Part shown: in pieces, positions 26,030-34,842 of the stretch
Layout of the letters: every line of letters begins with the position of its first letter
Position numbering within the stretch: position 1 is the stretch's first letter
DNA from: a virus
Taxonomy: Duplodnaviria > Caudoviricetes
Length of the DNA: 34,842 nucleotides
Virus record (IMG/VR): IMGVR_UViG_3300030102_001931
Coordinates: 1-34,842 of that record
Reading direction: 5' to 3' (one strand)
Notes under the pieces: model-generated
What the model saw: the letters and a program-made list of their open reading frames with translations, nothing else
The model's database searches: none
What the model was told of the DNA's origin: nothing
Translations under genes and position numbers: made by a program

Positions 26030-26790
26030 TACGCCATCCTCTCAAACCTGTTCATCATCTTATACATTTCCGCAGCCCCCTTCGCTCGATTGCCGCCTCC
26101 TGCACCTTTGACCGCATCCGCCGTCATAACAAACTCACCATCCGAGAGCCGTGCTTCTTGGACCCTACCACCGTTTTGATAGATCGCTGCGGGTATAGAA
26201 TCGCTCTTGCCTGTTCCAGGACCAGAGATCATACCACCGACGTTCATGAATCTTGTGTCCGCAGCAGCAATCCCTTGATAGTCAGGGGCTCTTTCTCCTG
26301 TGTCTCGTTGTCTTTGTTGCAGTGGTGTCAACGGTATTGGTTTTGGCTCTCCTGCTTGGATCAATCCTGCTAGGATTAGGTTGTCCATCATGCCACCACC
26401 GAACAATCCCGATCCTACTGTTGCATTTGCAGTTGGAGCACCACCTGCGCCTGCTGTCACACCTGTTCCGATCTTAGAAATAGCGTCTCCAATTGGGGCA
26501 GTAGCTTTCATTAGGCCAGGAGCCACCTTACTCAACGCTGCTTGTTGTGCGGTTTGTTGTGCTGCATATTGACCTGCGAGACCCTCAAGCCCTAATGCAC
26601 CCGCGCCTTTTGCTGCTAAACCAGAAACTCCTGGGAGAGAACCAATTCCGTATCCCATTATACCAGATTTCAATGCGTCCCCTATATCGCCACCAGATGC
26701 AAGAGTCCCGATCCCAGAACCAAGGGCCGCGCCCATTGGACCGCCAAACGCTAGTCCTACTAAACCTCCGATTGCAGATAATAAACTCAT
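26029..26790 (-). CDS. Gly-rich pilot/DNA-transfer-like virion protein
   Basis: Hydrophobic Gly-rich N-terminus; GPGTGKSDSIPA...LSDGEFVMTADAV. Confidence 0.65.
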   Translation of the reverse strand: MSLLSAIGGLVGLAFGGPMGAALGSGIGTLASGGDIGDALKSGIMGYGIGSLPGVSGLAAKGAGALGLEGLAGQYAAQQTAQQAALSKVAPGLMKATAPIGDAISKIGTGVTAGAGGAPTANATVGSGLFGGGMMDNLILAGLIQAGEPKPIPLTPLQQRQRDTGERAPDYQGIAAADTRFMNVGGMISGPGTGKSDSIPAAIYQNGGRVQEARLSDGEFVMTADAVKGAGGGNRAKGAAEMYKMMNRFERMA

Positions 26791-27017
26791 TATGCTTCTC
26801 CTGAAATAGCTTCTGGGGCCGTTACACTAATACTTGTGCTGCGTTTTTCTTTTCCTGTCCAAGGTTTCCCACAATCAGGGCAATTCCCATCGGGGTAACT
26901 CGCAATCTCTTCGGGTGTGTCAACTGCGTTTTCACAGTTTACACAATGCACTGTATCAGAACTTGTTGAAGGTTTCCACTTCGATCCGTCCCGCATTGTA
27001 ATAATAGTATCACTCAT
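26790..27017 (-). CDS. Small zinc-finger protein
   Basis: CVNC...CPDC. Confidence 0.7.
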   Translation of the reverse strand: MSDTIITMRDGSKWKPSTSSDTVHCVNCENAVDTPEEIASYPDGNCPDCGKPWTGKEKRSTSISVTAPEAISGEA

Positions 27018-27310
27018 GATGTTGTCACCGTTACTGTGCCCACTGTGCCTGTTCCTACGGAACCACGGACGTGTGGGGAGTTAATTAAAGTTATCTTAAC
27101 AAAACCTGACTGTTGAAACAATGCCCCTGTTTCAAGGCCACTGTCGTCTGTTTGTAGGTTCGTTAAAACAAGTTCAGTATTACGTCCTTGTCCAGGGTTT
27201 TGTTGCTGCGTTAAATATACCGCAAAAGAACGAACCAACTCTGCAAAGTATTGTTGGCTGTATTCCCCCGGAGGAACAGCAAAAAAAGGAAGAGTTAGAT
27301 TTCGGGACAT
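27014..27310 (-). CDS. Small structural/hypothetical protein
   Basis: Coupled ORF. Confidence 0.7.
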   Translation of the reverse strand: MSRNLTLPFFAVPPGEYSQQYFAELVRSFAVYLTQQQNPGQGRNTELVLTNLQTDDSGLETGALFQQSGFVKITLINSPHVRGSVGTGTVGTVTVTTS

Positions 27311-29226
27311 CAGCGCCTCCCGTCAGGTCGTATGTCCACTCTGGGGGAACCTAGTCGCCATGTCACTCCGGCGGCGTCTGACTCAACTCTAAAAGCAAAG
27401 CTGCGCCCACGTAATCGTACATGTGCATCTTGTGTAAACTGCTCTACAGGAACTGTGGCAGTCTTTGTCACCGTAGAATTGGTTGTTTGTAGATAGTTGC
27501 CACCAGGGAAGTTCCTTGCTTTTAGCGTCATAGTGGCAGTAGGGTTGTCTGCGGTGGAATCTCTAAAGGTAAGATCTGGGATCAAACGACGGATAAACGC
27601 AAAGTTATCGCCATCTCCTATATCAATCTGACTAGATTCAATGTGCGCGGTAAGAGCACTTGCAGGCGTAGTCTCACCGTTATCAAATCCATTTTCGTGA
27701 CGATACAGATAGTTACCTGGACCCGCAGCCAAAGGAAACTCTCTAATTCCTTGATCGAGCCACGCTGAACGGGTCAAGTTTCCATAGTACCAAAGTTTTT
27801 GAACATAGTTGTATACAACATACCGATCATTTTCATTACTGTTTGCAGAAGGATAGAACCACCAGATCTCTCCAAACAATGTATTCACACCCGCAGTGAC
27901 TTTTTCTGCTTGTGCTTCATTAAAATCAGAAAACACATAATCCCGAACAGAGCACTGAATACGTTGCACTGTACCTGCATAAGCATAGAACTCACGTTTG
28001 CCCATCCAAAATACGGTGTCTTCCACAGCAACCGCAGCCATTGGACCCCTTATAGTAAGGTTTTCAGAGATAAGATTTGCACCAAAAGTAAACGGTGGGC
28101 CAAGAAACTGCATCGAATACAAGCTAACATCTGTAAATACTACGATCTCTTGCCGAGTTTCTACGGCTGTAATGATCTCTGATCCAGAACCGAGACGCAA
28201 CTCTCCTGCTGTGTTGGTCGCTGTGGATGCCCAGTCGGTTAAAGATTCTTGATCCGAGAACCGAATAAGCAATGGATCCTGAGTACCAAGGCTATCTTCA
28301 CCGTCACATCCAAACGCAAGAACGTGGCGGTCTCGATCAGATACAAGAACCTGTTTTGCAACAGTCGGAGTTTTATCTGCATTTGCTAATCCAGATAGTT
28401 CTACCGCTCGTGTGCCTACACCATTTGTTGCGTCCCAATAATAAATCCCACCGTCGCGTACATTTATTAAAAGATCTTCGCCAAAGTTATCGTGAGACCA
28501 AATACGCAAGGTATCAGTAAGAACCGTAATTGTAGCTGCTTCGCCCCAACCATTTCTTCCCCAAGTACCTGCGCCCCAACCATTACCAAGAACAGTGGTA
28601 TTTAGCCCTACGTTGATTTGATACACGCCTACAACAGAGGAACCACCGTTACCTGTATCAGAAGAATTTGCAGTTACAGTCGTTGGAGTATAGACCCCAT
28701 CCACTGTGATGTTTTCTAAAACAGCAACTTCTCTTGCAAGAATGATGTAGTTGTTGTCGTCTACAAGTCTATTTATCTGATACTCTTGATTCAAAACAGC
28801 GGCGGTAATGTTACCGCCCAGTGTCGCTGCACCAGAGAAAGTAACAAAGTCGTTTTCCACTGCGCCGTGAGCGGCATCTGTTACTTGTATTTCGTTTGAA
28901 CCGTTTGTTGCAGTAAAAGTAACGTCTCCCGCAGCAGTTGTTACACGAATCGGAGTGATGTCGTTATACCCACCGCCCTGATTTATGTAATATTTAAACG
29001 CGGTTCCTACACCTAAAAACTCATCTAGATTCAAACTAACCCAAGGATGCAATGCACGGGCAGTGCCAAGAAACGAAATATCTGAATCTTTAATCCATCC
29101 GCCTATTTTTTCAGCATATCCAAATCGAAACCTGACTTTGTCCATATCAAACCAACCGCCCTCATTGGAGTATGAAGTAGTTTCTTTGTTGATCCCTGGT
29201 TTAAACTGAAGCTTGGTTAAGGGCAT
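27310..29226 (-). CDS. Tail nozzle / P22 gp10-like DNA stabilization protein
   Basis: 638 aa, beta-propeller-like W/D motifs; PGINKETT N-terminus and D.RPDGRR C-terminus. Confidence 0.7.
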   Translation of the reverse strand: MPLTKLQFKPGINKETTSYSNEGGWFDMDKVRFRFGYAEKIGGWIKDSDISFLGTARALHPWVSLNLDEFLGVGTAFKYYINQGGGYNDITPIRVTTAAGDVTFTATNGSNEIQVTDAAHGAVENDFVTFSGAATLGGNITAAVLNQEYQINRLVDDNNYIILAREVAVLENITVDGVYTPTTVTANSSDTGNGGSSVVGVYQINVGLNTTVLGNGWGAGTWGRNGWGEAATITVLTDTLRIWSHDNFGEDLLINVRDGGIYYWDATNGVGTRAVELSGLANADKTPTVAKQVLVSDRDRHVLAFGCDGEDSLGTQDPLLIRFSDQESLTDWASTATNTAGELRLGSGSEIITAVETRQEIVVFTDVSLYSMQFLGPPFTFGANLISENLTIRGPMAAVAVEDTVFWMGKREFYAYAGTVQRIQCSVRDYVFSDFNEAQAEKVTAGVNTLFGEIWWFYPSANSNENDRYVVYNYVQKLWYYGNLTRSAWLDQGIREFPLAAGPGNYLYRHENGFDNGETTPASALTAHIESSQIDIGDGDNFAFIRRLIPDLTFRDSTADNPTATMTLKARNFPGGNYLQTTNSTVTKTATVPVEQFTQDAHVRLRGRSFAFRVESDAAGVTWRLGSPRVDIRPDGRR

Positions 29227-29235
29227 GTTTAACCT

Positions 29236-30300
29236 TTAATTTAATGTGTAACTACCAACACCACTGAATCCTACATCCGTGGATGGAAAGGCTCTTCCTG
29301 CCCCCCAAAGGATTCGAACAACACCTTGACCGCCGCCTCCTCCATAGTTGGCGGCACCACCGTTCCAGTAATTAGCTCCGGCACCGCCGCCAAAGGCACC
29401 GCCGCCTCCGCCAGAACCATAGCCGCTACCAGTGTATGTACCACCTAGACCACCAGCTACTGTGACGCCACTTGTAATAGTAAAGGCACCACCGTTATCA
29501 GCTTGACCGCTGTTAGTACGACCGCCATCACCACCATTTGACCCGCCGCCTCCGCCGCCTCGACCATCGGGAGAAGTAACATTTACACCTGCGGCACCAT
29601 TACTACCTTGACCAAAAATACCAGTACCGCCGCCGCCTGCGGCACCTTGACCGCTACCATTATCAAACATGCCGCCGCCACCGCCTCCGGCAGATCCCGC
29701 TGTCGGGTTATTAACTGTAACTCCGTCAGACGACATGTACCCTGCGTCTCCTCCTGCGCCGCCATATCCTCCGGCTCCACCACCTGCGCCTGGTCTCGCA
29801 GCATCTAGAGAACGACTTACACCACCTGCTCCGCCGCCAGTGCCATTGTAACCGCCGCCGGAAGAGGTTCCAGATGACCCACCGCCGCCACCACCGCCGC
29901 CATAGACAACACCCGTGCCAACAAAACTAGAATTACCACCATCATTATTTGTGTTTCTAGCACCTCCCGCACCAACGGTTACAGCATAAGTATTACCTGG
30001 AGTAACAGAATAAGCGTTTAGGTAACCTAAACCGCCGCCTCCGCCGCCACGTTTCTTGTTTGATTGTGTGTTATTACCTCCGGCTCCACCACCACCAATA
30101 CAAAGAACGCAAACTTCTGTTACTCCATCAGGACATGTCCATGTATGACCTCCTGTGTTTGTGTAGATGTGTTCTCCTGGCGCAGCGCTGCCGCCGCCAG
30201 GGTTAAATCCCCGAGCGGAGCCGCCACCAAATGTAGCAAGCATTGGGGCAAACAAACGTTGTTTAGGTACTAAAACACCATTCTTCTTCGTATAATCCAT
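29236..30300 (-). CDS. Glycine-rich tail fibre / receptor-binding protein
   Basis: WTCPDGVTEVCVLCIGGGG, poly-Gly repeats, GVVRILWG. Confidence 0.75.
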   Translation of the reverse strand: MDYTKKNGVLVPKQRLFAPMLATFGGGSARGFNPGGGSAAPGEHIYTNTGGHTWTCPDGVTEVCVLCIGGGGAGGNNTQSNKKRGGGGGGLGYLNAYSVTPGNTYAVTVGAGGARNTNNDGGNSSFVGTGVVYGGGGGGGGSSGTSSGGGYNGTGGGAGGVSRSLDAARPGAGGGAGGYGGAGGDAGYMSSDGVTVNNPTAGSAGGGGGGMFDNGSGQGAAGGGGTGIFGQGSNGAAGVNVTSPDGRGGGGGGSNGGDGGRTNSGQADNGGAFTITSGVTVAGGLGGTYTGSGYGSGGGGGAFGGGAGANYWNGGAANYGGGGGQGVVRILWGAGRAFPSTDVGFSGVGSYTLN

Positions 30301-30316
30301 CTGTTTACCCCTTTAA

Positions 30317-31579
30317 TTATGCGAACTGCGTCTGACTAGCTAGAACTGTGAAGGTTGCATCCGCTGTTTTAATGATCGTAAACGTATATACATCTAAGCT
30401 TGATGCGTTACCCGCGCTTGGCGCTGTTCCACCAGACCACTTAGGCGTGACCGTCGAACCATCGACTTGATAAGCATTCAGGTAATAAGCTGAACCACCT
30501 TGAGCCATTACAAGAGTACAAGTCATACTTTGACCTGTGTCCATGGTGTTGTTTAGCGTAGTAGAACTATCCCCACGGAAGTTAATTGTACGGTTTGCTG
30601 ACTGGTTTGCCGTGTAGTTTTGAATTGCTTGTTCCGCCATGTTAAAGTTAATCGTGCCAGTTGTAGAAGTAGCTGCGGATACTTTTTCTTTAACTTCCTC
30701 AATGTCCAACGGACCATCAACAGTAACGCCGTCAGTGAGTGCAACGCCTGTTATGTCTACACCTGTTGCGCTTGTGGCAATTTTAGCAGAGTTATCGTGG
30801 TACAAAGTTACTGCGCCGTCAGGTATAGCAACAGCCATATCTTCACCAGTAGATTTTTGAATTTTAATAGCAGCGCCATTTGATTGTATCAATAAATCAC
30901 CAGTACCACCCTCATAAATCTTACTATCTGATCCATCATGATAAATTTGTAGATCAGAATCCGCACCAAACCTAAGTATTTCACTATCAGGGAACTTAAC
31001 ATCGCCATTCGCATCAGCCGTAACTGTCTTAGATGCCTGAACAGTACCCAACGTCGTAACGTCGTTGTAGTTCAACTCAGCCGCTGTTGCCGTTACACCA
31101 AGGTTTGTCAACGCTGTCGCTGCACTTGCCAAATCAGATAAGTTGTTTGATGCTATTAGTGCGCCAAAGTTAGATGAAATATCTATCACAGCGGCACCAG
31201 ATCCGGCACCATCACAGTAAATCATAGCTGTTTTGCCATTCAATACACTTACATTGGCACCAGAACCTTGTGAAAAGGTTGCAGTCTGACCAGAAGCATT
31301 TCTAACAACATACATTCTTTTCGCGTCATTAGGCGCAATCGTAATAGTATTTGTTCCAGAAGGAGAACCTCCCAGATTTAAAACATGAAACTGACCATCA
31401 GAAGCAGAACCATCTGAGGTTGTTAATGTGTGCGTCGTACCTGAAAGAGTAATATCTCCCACACCCACTGCTAAACGGTCAATAATATCAAAGTTAGTAT
31501 TTGTGGACGTGCCCCATGTACCAGACTCGTCTCCTGTGGCGATCTTTTTAATACCGCCGTTTGTTGTATAAGTAGCCAT
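30317..31579 (-). CDS. Tail fibre protein
   Basis: GDESGTWGTSTNTN, NNLSDL, FGADSDLQIYHDGS, DVYTFT motifs. Confidence 0.75.
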   Translation of the reverse strand: MATYTTNGGIKKIATGDESGTWGTSTNTNFDIIDRLAVGVGDITLSGTTHTLTTSDGSASDGQFHVLNLGGSPSGTNTITIAPNDAKRMYVVRNASGQTATFSQGSGANVSVLNGKTAMIYCDGAGSGAAVIDISSNFGALIASNNLSDLASAATALTNLGVTATAAELNYNDVTTLGTVQASKTVTADANGDVKFPDSEILRFGADSDLQIYHDGSDSKIYEGGTGDLLIQSNGAAIKIQKSTGEDMAVAIPDGAVTLYHDNSAKIATSATGVDITGVALTDGVTVDGPLDIEEVKEKVSAATSTTGTINFNMAEQAIQNYTANQSANRTINFRGDSSTTLNNTMDTGQSMTCTLVMAQGGSAYYLNAYQVDGSTVTPKWSGGTAPSAGNASSLDVYTFTIIKTADATFTVLASQTQFA

Positions 31580-31589
31580 ATCGTTTCCT

Positions 31590-32465
31590 TTACGCTGCTA
31601 TTTCTGTCCAAACGACGGTTGCGTCTGGATCGATCCTATCCCAAACTAACACAGAACCGACTTCTCCGCTAGTCCCTAGTCCAGTGACGCTTACACTCGC
31701 ATCACCACTCACCGCAGGCACCGTAACTTGGCCTGTTGCGGAAAGCCCAGTCAAGTTTACTTTTGCAATACCCTTGGCTGTAACTGTTCCGACTTGTCCT
31801 ACTGGAGCAATGCCTGTCACATTGACATTGGCATCACCCGTCATTGTTATAGAGCCTACAGAGGCTGTGACCCCAGGACCTGTAACATTCGCATCAACAC
31901 CTGTTCCAGTCGTTATAGAAACAGTGCCAACATTTCCAGTAGCTGCAATACCTGTTGTTGGTACGTCAACACCACCAACATAACTAAGTTGACCAACTTG
32001 CCCTGTCGCAGCAAGGCTTTGACTTACGCCCCAACCTGCTTCGCCCCAACCTGCACGACCCCAACCATCAAACCTAACAATGGTTCCAGAACCAACACCT
32101 GGAGTAAGAGTGCCAACCTGACCTGTGGCTTCTAAACCTGTTGGCGGAACATCGGCTCCTGCTTCCGCTGTAACTGAACCAACACTTGCCGTAGCCGAAA
32201 CACCCGTGACTGAATATTTCACAACTACGTTTACTGTGCCTACATTACTTGTAAGTTCTGGTGAAACAGAATTTCCCCATGAACCTGTACCCCAAGTGCC
32301 GCCACCCCAGTAACCTGCGACTGAAGCCGTTGCACCTTGACCTTCGACTACAGTAACTGAGCCAACTTGCCCTGTCGCAGATGGAACAGAGTTAGCTACT
32401 CCAAAACTGCCACTACTCCACGTTCCTCGGCCCCAACCTTCAAAGATTACTGTGACGTTGGTCAT
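31590..32465 (-). CDS. Virion structural protein with V/T/G repeats and WG motifs
   Basis: ATGQVG repeats; GWGRGTW. Confidence 0.7.
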   Translation of the reverse strand: MTNVTVIFEGWGRGTWSSGSFGVANSVPSATGQVGSVTVVEGQGATASVAGYWGGGTWGTGSWGNSVSPELTSNVGTVNVVVKYSVTGVSATASVGSVTAEAGADVPPTGLEATGQVGTLTPGVGSGTIVRFDGWGRAGWGEAGWGVSQSLAATGQVGQLSYVGGVDVPTTGIAATGNVGTVSITTGTGVDANVTGPGVTASVGSITMTGDANVNVTGIAPVGQVGTVTAKGIAKVNLTGLSATGQVTVPAVSGDASVSVTGLGTSGEVGSVLVWDRIDPDATVVWTEIAA

Positions 32466-32480
32466 AAAATTGTCCTAGCT

Positions 32481-32654
32481 CTATTCTGGACGAGGTTCAC
32501 CTCGATACCCTGCATTATAGGCGTCTAGTTGAGCTTCCGTAGTTATGTTAGTCCATGGAAGTAGATCATATGGACCTATAGGGTTACCATTAGCCGCGTC
32601 ATATACCCCTTGATCGTAGGGATCTGTAGGAAGTGTTTCATCTGATTCCGACAT
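32481..32654 (-). CDS. Hypothetical protein (57 aa, not in ORF track)
   Basis: AAGAGG SD; MSESDETLPTDPYDQG... Confidence 0.55.
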   Translation of the reverse strand: MSESDETLPTDPYDQGVYDAANGNPIGPYDLLPWTNITTEAQLDAYNAGYRGEPRPE

Positions 32655-32668
32655 GTGAACCTCTTTAT

Positions 32669-33115
32669 TTAGGCGATACGAATAATTGCGTTGGAGGCGT
32701 CCGCAGCGGGAAATACGATTTGAAAGTCGCCAGATGTTGAGGTTTTGTTAGAACCAAAATCTAAGACAACAACCGTATCTGTTGTTCCAGAACCACCTGC
32801 TGTTTGCGTGTTATAAATTAATGCACCACGAGCAGTAATTGTTGCCGATGTAAACGTAATGTCATCAAAGTCTGTAAACGCTGTGGTTCCAGAGGTTGAT
32901 GGAGTCACGTTTGTTAATACACCGCCTCCCGCAGAATACGAACCAGACGCCGAAACTTCGTTAGAAGTCGTATACGCCGTTGTCGCCGCAGTAAATGTAG
33001 CACTGTTGTCGTACAACGCGATCTTAAATTGATCGTTTCCGTTTGTAAAATCGTGACTTCCTGTAAGCAATTCCTGCTTAAAAGACGTACACATGAAGTT
33101 TCCGCTGAAAGCCAT
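32669..33115 (-). CDS. Virion structural protein
   Basis: CTSFKQELL...FKIALY...ARGALIYN...VLDFG motifs. Confidence 0.75.
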   Translation of the reverse strand: MAFSGNFMCTSFKQELLTGSHDFTNGNDQFKIALYDNSATFTAATTAYTTSNEVSASGSYSAGGGVLTNVTPSTSGTTAFTDFDDITFTSATITARGALIYNTQTAGGSGTTDTVVVLDFGSNKTSTSGDFQIVFPAADASNAIIRIA

Positions 33116-33116
33116 T

Positions 33117-33416
33117 TTAAAGTCTCCTTATAAGTTCAGCCAGTTGAGGATGTCCCGCATCTTTTAGTGCATTATACACAGTTGTGCGGTCACTGTGAAT
33201 AGCCTGTCTCATGTAAAATGCAACGAGCTTTTCGATGTGCTTTGAGTAAGCACGAGCTTGGTCCCTAATACCTGGATGAGTATTATCGGAGACCGATACT
33301 AATTTTTCTACACAACGCTCTGCAAGTTCATCAGGAGTAAAACCTCGATTCTCTGTTGTGTTTACCTCTACCACTGATTCATGTTGTGGTACACTTACAT
33401 CTATTTTAAACATCAT
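33117..33416 (-). CDS. Hypothetical protein
   Basis: Coupled ORF. Confidence 0.7.
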   Translation of the reverse strand: MMFKIDVSVPQHESVVEVNTTENRGFTPDELAERCVEKLVSVSDNTHPGIRDQARAYSKHIEKLVAFYMRQAIHSDRTTVYNALKDAGHPQLAELIRRL

Positions 33417-34063
33417 GTTTTCTCCCTAAGAACTTTACCACGTCTATATTCATCAGTGGTTTCTTTTGCTTCACCCAATTGTTTTAGGCCAAGTAAAGAT
33501 TCTTGAAATCGTTTATTATACATTGTCATAACGTCCTGTTCACCCTTCATATAGATGTACGACTCTACTAACGCCCCATAAAGAAGAGTCATTTCGGCGT
33601 TTTCACTCAACCATGTTATTCCGCTATCGGACAACTCTGTCAAACTTTGAGGTCTATAATAATAATGAAGTTCAGAAGCGTAGGCACTGTTAGGCGTAGG
33701 CGCAACTATGAAATTATCTACATCAAATATAGCATAGTATTGAGGTTCTCCTGTCGTGGTTTCATCAGGAGTATACATCTGCAAAAAACTTACATCTTTA
33801 AACTCCATGAACTCTTTGTCTCCATTAGTTTTAATAAAGGCCATAGAAAACGGAGCAAGAAAGTCGGAAGGACATGGTAAATACTTTTTACCAGAAATAA
33901 AATTTGTGGTCGCATTTTTACGAAATAAACTTAATTGCACATTTTTTAAAATACGTTCCTCTGCTATCCGTATAAACAATGGAATATTCGTCACAAAAGA
34001 CGTTTCGTCATTTTCTGTATAGTCTTGTATAGCTGTTTTTAATTGTCCGTATGTAAAGCTCAT
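33413..34063 (-). CDS. Head-tail adaptor / tail tubular protein A-like
   Basis: TYGQLKTAIQDY, FIRIAEERI, APTP, LLYGALVE. Confidence 0.75.
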   Translation of the reverse strand: MSFTYGQLKTAIQDYTENDETSFVTNIPLFIRIAEERILKNVQLSLFRKNATTNFISGKKYLPCPSDFLAPFSMAFIKTNGDKEFMEFKDVSFLQMYTPDETTTGEPQYYAIFDVDNFIVAPTPNSAYASELHYYYRPQSLTELSDSGITWLSENAEMTLLYGALVESYIYMKGEQDVMTMYNKRFQESLLGLKQLGEAKETTDEYRRGKVLREKT

Positions 34064-34067
34064 TTCG

Positions 34068-34718
34068 TCACACTATTGTTATGTTTCCTACCATAGCACT
34101 ATGATTGGTGCATTGATACACTAGAGATGTGTCACTAGGTTCATGTGGCACAATAAACTGTGTCAATCCTGTTGTTGAGTTATAATTTTCTGTCACACCT
34201 GTCGTAAAAGCAGAGCCGCCATTAGATGTTCTAATCTGCAAAGGATGACTTCCTACGTTTGCTGTGTTGTCTATAAGATAAGTATGACCTTTATAGAAAG
34301 TAAAGTTTGGGTTGTTTCCAGAAGTAGCGCCAGGGCCAGTAAAAGTGTACGCCGAAGAACCATTTGTTCCCGCTGTATACTTTGTTACAGGGCCAGTTGT
34401 TTCATCATTAAGTCGAATCCACACTCCTCCGTGCGCAAAATACAAACCCCCAGTTGCATGAACGTGGGCTACCGCACCATGATATGTAGAAGCACTTGGA
34501 AGATCACTTAAAGCTGCGTAGTAAAAAACAATTTTGTTTGCACCAGAACTAACGTCCAGTAGTCCATTTGAGTCTATGATATCTGTTAAGGTTGTACCAT
34601 TACCTAAAGCTGCATAAACTTCATTAAAGTTGTCGTTAATCTTATCGGCACCTACACGAAGAGTATCACCAGTTCCGTCATTTGCAGAAGAACCTATACC
34701 TACTGTTTGTTTTGCCAT
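34068..34718 (-). CDS. Fibre/baseplate-like protein with T4 gp9/gp10-type N-terminus and cupredoxin-like C-terminus
   Basis: MAKQTVGIGSSANDGTGDTLR; HPLQI...YQCTNHSAMVG. Confidence 0.7.
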   Translation of the reverse strand: MAKQTVGIGSSANDGTGDTLRVGADKINDNFNEVYAALGNGTTLTDIIDSNGLLDVSSGANKIVFYYAALSDLPSASTYHGAVAHVHATGGLYFAHGGVWIRLNDETTGPVTKYTAGTNGSSAYTFTGPGATSGNNPNFTFYKGHTYLIDNTANVGSHPLQIRTSNGGSAFTTGVTENYNSTTGLTQFIVPHEPSDTSLVYQCTNHSAMVGNITIV

Positions 34719-34721
34719 GTC

Positions 34722-34842
34722 TTATCCCTCATCGAATGTATCTGTTGTTGAGTCTAAAGTAATAGACGTGCTATCAAATCTCGGTGCTTGTGTAGTTGGT
34801 GTAGAAATAACTATAGAAACTGTTCCAACTCCACTTTCTGCA
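34722..34842 (-). CDS. 3' end of a virion protein gene (partial)
   Basis: Open frame ...RFDSTSITLDSTTDTFDEG*. Confidence 0.65.
   Translation of the reverse strand, partial: AESGVGTVSIVISTPTTQAPRFDSTSITLDSTTDTFDEG

Noticed and set aside
26200-26230. GPGTGKS as a Walker A motif
   Set aside because: Spacing is not GxxxxGKS and there is no Walker B or NTPase context; it is part of a virion-protein motif.
10425-34511. Numerous antisense or alternate-frame ORFs nested in replication and structural genes
   Set aside because: Shadow ORFs of well-supported genes, with no SD or motifs.

Overview
About 35 kb of a tailed dsDNA phage genome with podovirus-like virion genes, probably marine (host not determinable from sequence). 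Layout: (i) 1-915 non-coding and densely base-paired, giving two candidate large structured RNAs; (ii) small early genes; (iii) leftward VRR-NUC-like nuclease and terminase small subunit; (iv) an AT-rich repeat/palindrome region (3640-3856); (v) a long early operon starting with an Ocr-like acidic protein; (vi) a replication module (SNF2 helicase, SSB, AEP primase, AlpA HTH, UvrD-like helicase, DNA polymerase A); (vii) leftward ejection, tail and fibre genes. Highlight: the early operon contains an 11-unit stem-loop dual-spacer array (7839-8453) directly upstream of a nuclease-less Nop/IS110-like protein (8473-9210), i.e. a TIGR-Tas (TasA-like) RNA-guided system. Reading each guide as spacerA + revcomp(spacerB), two guides reconstruct part of a bacterial tRNA-Phe gene and three reconstruct Shine-Dalgarno/start-codon regions. 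All family calls come from motif recognition by eye; no searches were run.
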